Shown in pieces: positions 47,530 through 57,100 of a DNA stretch of 64,000 bases (the first letter of the stretch is position 1; every line of letters starts with the position of its first letter). The DNA is from a virus. The DNA lies in the IMG/VR virus record IMGVR_UViG_3300020442_002661, positions 1 to 64,000 of that record; one strand, 5' to 3'. A program made the translations under genes and the position numbers. The notes under the pieces are model-generated. The model saw only the letters and a list, made by a program, of their open reading frames with translations, ran no database searches and was not told the DNA's origin.

Positions 47530-48777
47530 ATGATAAGAGTATATGGCGATATAATGCTAGACAGGTGGATTAAAGGAGTATCACAGCGTGTTAGTCCTGA
47601 AGCACCAGTCCTTGTGTTACAAGAAGAAGAACAAATATTCTGCCCAGGCGGAGCAGGTAATCTTGCATTAAATATTGCAAGTCTTAATGGTAGTGTAAAT
47701 GTATATGGTAGTATTGCACCAGATAAAGAAGGTTATAGAATTATTGATTGCTTTGAAAAGCATCCAAAAATTAATTTTGCCGCTACACTAGATAGTAAAA
47801 TTACAACTACAAAAAATAGATTAGTAGGTCAAGGAGGGCAACATATTGTACGTTGGGATAGAGAAGAACTTTATACCGGCGACGAAGCATACGAAAGATG
47901 TATAACAGATATAACAACAAAAGACATTGTGGTTGTAAGTGACTATGCAAAGGGAACTGTAAAAGAAAAAACTGTTTGGAATTTTGCTAGACGCTGTAAA
48001 ACACTAGTAGATCCTAAACAAGCCCCTGCATATTATCAAGGAGCATATCTTGTAAAACCTAATATGAAAGAATATGAAGGTTGGTTCGGAACATTCAATA
48101 AACTAGATGCATTAGATCATATTAAAACTTACGAATGGACCTATCTTGTTGTTACAGATGGTGCAAACGGTATGCATGTGTTAAGCGATGATGGAAGATA
48201 TGAACATATTCAAGAAGAAGCAAAAGAAGTAGCAGACGTTACTGGTGCTGGAGACACTGTACTGGCTGTCATTGCATACTTTATTGAACAAGGTTTAGAT
48301 ATGTTTGATGCTTGTAGGAAAGCATGTTATGCCGCGGCAAGAGCTGTAGAACACAGAGGAGTTCATGTAGTTACACATAACGACCTAGAAAAAGTAGTTT
48401 TTACAAACGGTGTTTTTGATATCTTGCACAAAGGACATTTACACTTATTGAAAGAAGCACGTAGTTTAGGTAATAAACTGATTGTAGCAATTAATACAGA
48501 CGCAAGTGTACAAAGATTAAAAGGAAACGGCCGTCCTATTAACGATGTTCAAACAAGACAAGCACAATTAGAAGTATTGCCTTGGGTAGATGAGGTCATT
48601 ACATTTACAGATGATACGCCTTTAGAACTTATTAATAAAATTAAACCAGATTTAATTGTCAAGGGTGGCGATTATAAAGTTGAAGATGTTGTTGGCCATG
48701 AGATTGCAGATGTGCATATTGTGCCTATAATAGACGGATTGTCGACATCTAATATAGTAGAAAAAATTACAATATGA
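47530..48777 (+). CDS. hldE: bifunctional heptose-7-phosphate kinase / heptose-1-phosphate nucleotidyltransferase
   Basis: GDIMLD, RVSPEAPV, GGAGN, SDYAKG, DVTGAGDT; then TNGVFDILHKGH, RLKGNGRPIN, VKGGDY, GLSTSNI. Confidence 0.93.
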   Translation: MIRVYGDIMLDRWIKGVSQRVSPEAPVLVLQEEEQIFCPGGAGNLALNIASLNGSVNVYGSIAPDKEGYRIIDCFEKHPKINFAATLDSKITTTKNRLVGQGGQHIVRWDREELYTGDEAYERCITDITTKDIVVVSDYAKGTVKEKTVWNFARRCKTLVDPKQAPAYYQGAYLVKPNMKEYEGWFGTFNKLDALDHIKTYEWTYLVVTDGANGMHVLSDDGRYEHIQEEAKEVADVTGAGDTVLAVIAYFIEQGLDMFDACRKACYAAARAVEHRGVHVVTHNDLEKVVFTNGVFDILHKGHLHLLKEARSLGNKLIVAINTDASVQRLKGNGRPINDVQTRQAQLEVLPWVDEVITFTDDTPLELINKIKPDLIVKGGDYKVEDVVGHEIADVHIVPIIDGLSTSNIVEKITI

Positions 48778-49598
48778 ACTTACTAATTACTGGCTCAAAC
48801 GGATTTATAGGAAAAAATCTTGTAAATTATTTTGTTGATGAAGGACATACAGTTGCAGAATATGATTACATAGAAAATGTAATTCCTGATTGTAGTCCTT
48901 TTGATCATGTTATTCATATGGGTGCTATTAGTTCTACAACAGAACGTAACGTAGAACAAGTCTTAACACAAAACTTAGATTTTAGTCATAGACTTTTACA
49001 AATTTGCGAAATGCAAGGAGTAAATTTAATTTATGCATCAAGTGCAAGCGTTTATGGAGATACAGGCGTATTTAAAGAATATGGGCCCGTATATCCACAA
49101 AGTGCATATGCATGGAGCAAATACTTGTTTGACAGAACAATAAATCAAGTTGATAAAAAAGATTGGATGTGCAACGTAAAAGGATTAAGATTCTTTAATG
49201 TTTACGGAGAGCATGAGGAAGATAAAGGTGATCAAATGAGTGTTTTTCATAAATTTAAAAACCAAGCATTAGACACAGGAAAAGTTCATCCATTTGAAAA
49301 TAGTAAAGAATATTTGAGAGATTTTATATATGTCGGCGATGTATGTAAAATTGTAGATAAGTTGTTAGATGTAGATGATAGTGGCATATACAATGTAGGT
49401 ACAGGTACACCACGTAGTTTTCAAAGCATTGCAGAAGCAGTTGCAGAAAAATACAATGCAGACATAGAACCAATACCTATGCCAGAAATACTTAAACAAC
49501 AATATCAAAAATATACTTGTAGTGACAATACAAGACTACTTAAAGCAATAGGTAAATTTAATTTTACAACACCGGAGGAATGGATATGCAAAGACTAG
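48774..49598 (+). CDS. hldD: ADP-L-glycero-D-manno-heptose 6-epimerase
   Basis: TGSNGFIG, HMGAISSTTE, YASSASVYG, YAWSK, LRFFNVYG..E..KG, RDFIYV, YQKYT. Confidence 0.9.
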   Translation: MNLLITGSNGFIGKNLVNYFVDEGHTVAEYDYIENVIPDCSPFDHVIHMGAISSTTERNVEQVLTQNLDFSHRLLQICEMQGVNLIYASSASVYGDTGVFKEYGPVYPQSAYAWSKYLFDRTINQVDKKDWMCNVKGLRFFNVYGEHEEDKGDQMSVFHKFKNQALDTGKVHPFENSKEYLRDFIYVGDVCKIVDKLLDVDDSGIYNVGTGTPRSFQSIAEAVAEKYNADIEPIPMPEILKQQYQKYTCSDNTRLLKAIGKFNFTTPEEWICKD

Positions 49599-50008
49599 AA
49601 GGTAAAGTAGATAAAGGTTGGGGCTACGAAATAATTTGGGCCACAAATGAAAAATACTGTGGTAAAATACTTTTCTTTAACAAAAAAGGTTCAAAGTTTA
49701 GTATGCACTTTCATAGAGAAAAAGACGAAACATGGTTTGTTAACAACGGCAGTTTTGTTGTACGCTGGATAGATACAAAAACAGCAACATTGTTTAGCCA
49801 AGTTCTTAAAGAAGGACAAACTTGGCATAATCCACCATTGCAACCACATCAATTAGAAGCAATGGAAGATGGAAGCAGTATTACAGAAGTCAGCACAGCA
49901 GATAGTGTTGAAGACAACTACAGAGTAATTCCAGGTGATAGTCAATCGGAATTAACAACAAAAATTAAAGAGGTGGCAGATGCGCAGTCCAACGATAACG
50001 TGGAGTAA
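49580..50008 (+). CDS. cupin-fold protein (sugar isomerase-like)
   Basis: VDKGWGYE, FSMHFHREKDETW, PHQL, EVST. Confidence 0.8.
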   Translation: MDMQRLEGKVDKGWGYEIIWATNEKYCGKILFFNKKGSKFSMHFHREKDETWFVNNGSFVVRWIDTKTATLFSQVLKEGQTWHNPPLQPHQLEAMEDGSSITEVSTADSVEDNYRVIPGDSQSELTTKIKEVADAQSNDNVE

Positions 50009-50615
50009 TGATGTAAACATTGATTTCTACAAACCAGATTATATTGCACCAAAGTGTGTTGTAGGTTTAGATAGAGATGGTGTTATTAATGTAGATATTG
50101 GAGATTACGTTTACAAAAAAAGTGACTGGAAATTTGAAGAGGGCAGTTTAGAAGCAATAGTAAAATTACGTAAATTAGGACACAAGATAGTTATTATAAC
50201 TAATCAAGGCGGTATAGAAAAAGGTATCTACACACAAGAAGATGTAGAAAAATTACATGCACATATGTTTGAAGAATTTGGTAAGGCAGGTTGTCCTAGT
50301 ATAGATGGATTGTACTACAGTGCATCAAGTGCAAAGAATGATATGTATGCAAAACCTAATACAGGAATGTTTAAGCGTTGCGAAAAAGAAGTTCCTCATG
50401 TGAAATTTTCCCAAGGATATTATGTTGGTGATAGAATAAGAGATTTAAAGGCAGGATTAAAGATGGGTGCGAAACCAATTCTAGTCCGAACTGGACATGG
50501 TAAAGAAACAGAAGAATTAATTAACAAAAGATTCACATATAAAAATATTAGGAAAGCAACAAAAGTATTTGATAACCTAGCCGCATTTGTTGATAGTTTA
50601 GATGATAATAGTTAG
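49980..50615 (+). CDS. gmhB: D,D-heptose-1,7-bisphosphate phosphatase (HAD family)
   Basis: LDRDGVIN, TNQGGI, KPNTGM, VGDRIRD, LVRTGHG. Confidence 0.85.
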   Translation: MRSPTITWSNDVNIDFYKPDYIAPKCVVGLDRDGVINVDIGDYVYKKSDWKFEEGSLEAIVKLRKLGHKIVIITNQGGIEKGIYTQEDVEKLHAHMFEEFGKAGCPSIDGLYYSASSAKNDMYAKPNTGMFKRCEKEVPHVKFSQGYYVGDRIRDLKAGLKMGAKPILVRTGHGKETEELINKRFTYKNIRKATKVFDNLAAFVDSLDDNS

Positions 50616-51162
50616 AGACGATTACATTCCACAACATATACAAGATTATTTACATACAGCAGTATTTGGTACTGAAGAAATAAATGCTATGTTGCCCTTA
50701 ACTGCAAAAGTAGAGCCCACAGCATATGATGGCGAAAATCCTTTGCCTGTTAGTTTTCAACATGTGTTTATGAGTAGTACAAGTCACACAGAATGGTTTG
50801 GAAATTTTAGTAAAATACCACAAATAGTATGTAAGAAAATGGAAGTAGAGCTAATAGATATTATTGCCGCAAGACTTTTTATAACTGTTCCGCACAAAAC
50901 TAAATTAGAACATTATGCACCGCACACAGATAGACCAGAACCTCATCTTGGCTTAATTTATTATGTAAACGATAGCGACGGAGACACACTTTTCTTTGAC
51001 GATCCTAGTTTAGAAAACAATTGGAAACCAGAGATTATAGAAAGAGTAAGTCCAAAAAAAGGACGTATTGTCTTGTTTGATGGTAGTCATTTACATGCAG
51101 GTGGATATCCTACTGATGTGCCTCGCTGTATTGTAAATTACAACATTAGAGCTGAACGTTAA
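50602..51162 (+). CDS. 2OG-Fe(II) oxygenase
   Basis: PHTD, IYYVNDSDGDT, PKKGRIVLFDGSHLHA, R.IVNYN. Confidence 0.85.
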   Translation: MIIVRDDYIPQHIQDYLHTAVFGTEEINAMLPLTAKVEPTAYDGENPLPVSFQHVFMSSTSHTEWFGNFSKIPQIVCKKMEVELIDIIAARLFITVPHKTKLEHYAPHTDRPEPHLGLIYYVNDSDGDTLFFDDPSLENNWKPEIIERVSPKKGRIVLFDGSHLHAGGYPTDVPRCIVNYNIRAER

Positions 51163-54100
51163 GCCTGTGCTTCACCCCATCTTAGAATTAAATTAGCATT
51201 TACATCTGAACCTGCTGTTTTATAAACATTAATTGCAAGAACGTCAGGTCCATTCGGGAATGTTCCTCTACCACCTAGTGTAGTATTAGTTAATTCTTTC
51301 AATTCACCAAGATCGATAGCGGCACGTTCTCCTGGTTGTGCAATAAATGATAGCACAGTTTCACCTGGTTGTCCGTATGCTGGTGCACTAAATTCTAGTG
51401 TAATTGTTCCACTTCCTTGTGTAAGTGTACCTTGGCTGGCATTGTTAAAGTCAACTTCATAATATTCGGTTCCTGCAAAGTCAACTAATTTAACATTGTT
51501 AATAATTGTGTTTGCAGGCCAACTTGGACTTGCACTTGTACTAGATACTGGTGTGCCGTTAGTTGCTCCGCTTGCTTCCCAACTTGACTTTGTTATAAAT
51601 GCATAAGGTACGTTAGAGATATCAGCATGTGATTGAATTGTAAACGCATTTGCTGTATTTGCATTAATATTACCTGTTAAGGATTGTGAAAAGAAGAAAT
51701 ATCCATAGTTACTACTTGGCGAAATATATCCGCCTGTAATTGTTGTACCCGCTGGCAATCTGTTACTTACAACAACTTTACCTAGCACAGGATCAATATT
51801 ATCAGTGCCAAATGTAGATCTATAATCAGTTCCGCTTACATATGCAAAACTGTTACCATTCCTTGATCTACTTTGACCACTGTCTAGTATTGCATTTACA
51901 GTTGCTTGAGCAGTTAAGTTTGTAGTTGTTGTTGTAGCACCTGTAGACCACTGAATACCTGAACCCGAAGCTACTTGGGCAAAGCTAGGTTGTCCACCTT
52001 GAGCAAGTGTGCTTAGACCTGTCCATGTTATCAATCCAGGGTTAACTGGATAGTTTTGAGGGTTAAGAATTCCTTCTACAACAATAGCACCTGTAGCGTT
52101 TGCTTCTGATGTAACTTCTAATCCTTGAAGTAATAATTGCGCTCTATTTAGAAGCTCTCTATCACCTAAATCTCCCGGTATAGCATTAGAAACACTAGGT
52201 GCAAGTCTAATCATAAATGCAGTTTGTCTTGCATTTGTAACTGTTACACCTTGTTCAGTGTAACTAAAGATATAACCTCTATCTTCATCGAACCCACCAT
52301 CTGTTAAGAATGCTGATCCCCAATGTGATATAAGTGGTGTTGTAGTTTGACTTACAAGCACAACACCTGTTCTTGCAGTATGGCTAGTAGCCCCTCCAGC
52401 TGTGTATGTTCTTGAAGCACCTGCTTGGAAGTTTGTTAAATTAGCACTTCTTGTACAGCCTGTAAGTTCATTAGTTGTACTATTTGTTGATGTATAACTA
52501 ATAAGCTCGTTGTCTATATATACTGTACCTGCTGTTGGTAAGAAACTTACGCTTTCTACTGGAATAGTTGTTACAGCATCATCAATATCTGATTGTAATT
52601 TTGTATTTTGTCCTTCGTTAGTGACTTCGTAACGCACAGGCAAGTTTCCTGAACGCATAAATGCTTCAGTGTTTACGTTTGAATTTCTAATTCTGTGTGC
52701 ATATACAAATTCACCATTTGCTCCACGTACCATGTAGTCAATAAAACCAGCACCATACCATGAATACTCAATTCCAATCATCTGCATTTTGCTGTAAACA
52801 AAGTTATAACCACTTGGTCCAGTTCCGTCTAAACCATCTCTATTAAATTCACTTTGCTTAACTTTTGTGTCGCTTATCAAACATACTTTTGTACCAGATG
52901 CAGTGTTAACACCTCTATAGTCTGGAGTAACAGTCATTGTTGTTTGGTCAGCAATATTTGTTACAACGTGTGTCATTCCGCGGATAACAATTCTATCTCC
53001 TGCTTTTAATTGATCTCTGAACCTTGTGTTTACACCTGTTATACTATTACTGTCCGGATTAGCAGTTACCGTTCCTGCAATCTGTTTAGTTGCTGTTCTT
53101 AGACAAGCATATAAGTTGGTACCATCATATTCCCAATAGATACCATTTTGATCATCAAACACTCCTGAACGAACAGTTGCACCATGCCATTTAAAGGTAC
53201 TCATCTGTGCACCAAAACTTAATGTACCTGTAGTGCCACCTAATCTTTGATTTGATGTTACTTCAAAAGTTCTTTCGTCTGTAATGTCACTTACAGTGTA
53301 TGTACCATCATATCCTTCAGTTTCAACACCGATAATTTGTATCTGTGCACCAATCTGTAGTCCATGATCATTATCATCTGTTGTAACAGTGATAGTTGAA
53401 CCAATTTCAATACCGTCTGATGATATGCTACGTAAATCATAACTCGGTGCAAATAGTGCACCTGTTGTATACATAATACCTTTACCTGATTGATATCTAA
53501 TATATTTTTTACTTTGACGTATTGCCTGTGCACCATGTTGTGGTCCGCCTGTACCTAATTGAACACCACCGTCAAATGGTCTATGTATAAAGAACGAATC
53601 AGGTCTTGGATAAACAGTTCCTAGAATTGTATCAGTAGTTGTATCAATAGCACCTGCGGCTCTGGCTGTGAACGTTAATTGATTTAATTGTGGTACTGAT
53701 GTAACTAAGAATGATCCTGCCGCTAATTTATGGTTATTTGTACCACCATCTTCTGTATCATCTGAATCAATACCTGTTATAAATGTATCACCAGGAACCA
53801 GTCCATGATTATTAGTAAATGTAATTAATAAAGTTGCTAATGCACTGAAACTAATATCTAGTGTAGTTGCAAGTTCTCCAGTTGATACTGCATCCATTGT
53901 AAATGTACTGTATAAATCTAAACTATCACCTGCATAAGCATCACCTTCGTGTGAAATAGTAATAATGCCACCCATTGAATCTACACTATCTACAGTGATT
54001 GTCATGTCATTAGTTACTGTTGTACCGCCTAAGAATCCGCCATCAATTTTAATTTTATTTCCTGCCGCATAATCTTGGCCTGGAGAATTTAAAGATACTG

Positions 54101-57100
54101 TATATGTACCAACAGTTGAATCAGCTGTTGTTCCATCTCTTAGAATGTTAAAGTTACCACCATTACCTGTTGCACCTGCGGCGTTTGCTACAACTGCTGA
54201 GAAACTTCCAACATCTGTTGATGCAGTACCACTTGATGACACACCTGTAATTGCACCACTAGCATCTACACCACTTATTGTGATTGTTAAATCATTTGTC
54301 GGAGTAGCACCTGCTAGACTTGTACCTAAAACTGTAAATGTTTGATCTACAAAGTAATCGTTACCACCTGTTAATACAGAGGCTGTATATGAACCGCTAC
54401 CTGCAACAATATTGAAACTTGCACCATTACCAGCTAAGTTTGTAGATGCTTTATCATTTGCAGTACCTGAGTTTACTGCTGTACCTGCCGTGCTAAACGT
54501 AAGAATTTGTCCCGTGCCATCAACTGTCAATACTGTAATTGTACAGTTGTTTGTAGGAGTTGCACCGCCTAAGTTTTCACCATTAAAAGTAAGTGTGTCG
54601 TTTTGAGCGTAGTTTGCACCTCCACTAGCCATGTTTGCTGTGTAAGTTGTACCAGTTCTGTTAATATCAAATTGTGCATTTGTACCACTTCCGCTGGTAC
54701 CATCTTGCGATAAACCTGTGTAATCTACGTTTGCATTTGGAGCAGTACCAGTTATACTTGTTCCTGTAATTCCTCCATCTACATCAACGCCTGTAACTTC
54801 AATTGTTAAATCATTAGTTGTATCTGCGCCGCCTGGAAATTCACTACCATTAATTCTTAATCTATCTGCAACTGTAAATCCGCTTGTCGCTTTTTGTGCA
54901 GTTCCTGAAACACTTACAGTAGCAACTCCACCTGCACTTAATGTACTATCGTTGTTAACATCTGTAATTGTCATTGTCAAATCATTAGCAGGACTTTGAC
55001 CACCTATTAAGTCTCCAGCAATTTCTAGTGTTTGATCAACACCATAATTATCACCAGCTTGGTTAACTGTGACCAAATAATTTCCTGTCAATCCATTGAC
55101 TTCAATATCAAATCTTGCACCGCTACCAATTAAGTTATTTTGATTGTTTACATTGTTTACTGAAAAACTGTTTACTGCTGTACCTGACACTGTGTAAGTT
55201 AAAATTTCGCCACCTGTGTCAACAGTGTTAATTGTAATTGTTACATCGTTTGTGCTGTTTGCACCACCTACTTGTGTTCCCAAGATTGTAATTGTATCAT
55301 TTACTTGGAATCCTGTACCAGTTTGACTAAATGTTGCAGTATAAGTTGTACCGTTTGTGTTAATATTAATTTGGGCACCAATACCACTATTGTTAGTTGA
55401 ATAAGATACTGCTGTGTATGTATTTGTTGCATCAGGTGCTACACCTGTAACCCCGTATGTTAAAGGAACACCATTACTATCAACAGTATTAATTGTAATT
55501 TGGGCGTTGTTGTCTGGAGTAATACCTTGTAAGTCACCACCTACAACTTCAATAATATCGTTAGGAGCATAGCCTGTTACACCGTTAGTTTGTGGATCAA
55601 TAGTTACACTATAACTTCCGTTTGTGGCTACAAAGTTCCAAATAGCACCTGTACCTTGACCAACTGTCTGTGTAGCTTGTTGATTAGGATATGTAGGATT
55701 GCTTGCAGTAATACTGAATACATTATTAGTAAATGATACGTCCCATATACCGCCACTACCATTACCGTGATTGTATGTTCCTGTTTCTGTAAATGTACCA
55801 TTACCAGCATATGCACTACCACTTATTGTTGCTGTTAAAATTTCACCACCAGTATCTACTGTATTGACTGTGATTTGTGCATCGTTTGTTCCAGTAATAC
55901 CACCTAGACTTTCACCTGGGATTTCTAAAATATCATTTACTTCATAATCTTGACCGCCGTTCGCAATAGCAACTAATGTATAAGTTCCTCCAGCTCTGTC
56001 TACATCAAATAATGCGCCAAAACCTAAACTAATTACGTTTTGTCCTTCAATAGCACTATAGTTAACAAGGTTTCCTGCAAAAGTATCTTCTAGTCCTTGA
56101 TTAAATGTAATTGTGTTACCAACCACAGTGTTTACAAGCATAGCTTGTCCATCACCTCTATCTGCGGCTAAGTTTTGTTGTACATCAGTTGTTGATTGAA
56201 CATCAATTTGTGTGTCGCCTATGTTATAATCGTCTGTTACCACAGGTGTTACAACAACACCGCCATCGCCAACACGACCAGTTACCTGAGCACCTGTTGA
56301 AATACCAGAGCTTGCTGATAAAGGAGCACCAATTTCAGGAGCCGCTCCAACTGTAACAGTGTAAGGTACTACATCTTCTCCAATAGGCACTGTTAACGCA
56401 GGACGCACAGTTCCGCTTGAACCTTGACTTGATACACTAAAAGTTGGTGTACCAATACTTGCACCTGTATAAAAACCTGCTTTTCTTAGTTGTGTAGTTG
56501 GTGTATCAATTCTTGTACCATCGCTTGTACCAACCTTAGCTTTTGCATAATATTGAAAACTAATACCGTTTGGTACATTGATAATAATAAATGCACCTTC
56601 ACCTCTACTATAACCTGTAACAGCTTGATCAAAACCTTTAATTGTAATAGCATCACCGATTTCAAATCCGTGTGCACCAGCAGTTGTAACTGTTATTAGA
56701 GAACTACCAATATCATTTGTGCCTGCACTTGCATCTGTTGTAATACTAGTTACATCTGTTTCAGTACCTGGCACTTCGTATACTGAAGGATATCCACGCA
56801 TAGTGCTAATTGCACTCCATTTAGTAGGCTGAAGTCCGTATTCAAAGTCAGCATCAAGCATTGATAATGGATTTGCTGTACGCTGTCTTTCAATTGCATC
56901 AGTTCCAAATTCGTATGGTCTAACTAATAATTCATCTGTATCTACAAAAATTTGTAAAGGATTACTAGAATGAGATGTTTCTGTATTTGTGTTAAAGTAT
57001 ATCTTTGTAATTGCATCTGTGACTTGTTTGTATTGTGGGAAATCTGTATCTTCGTCATAAACAACACCATTGGTAGATGTTAATGCTGTGTTTTCTACCT

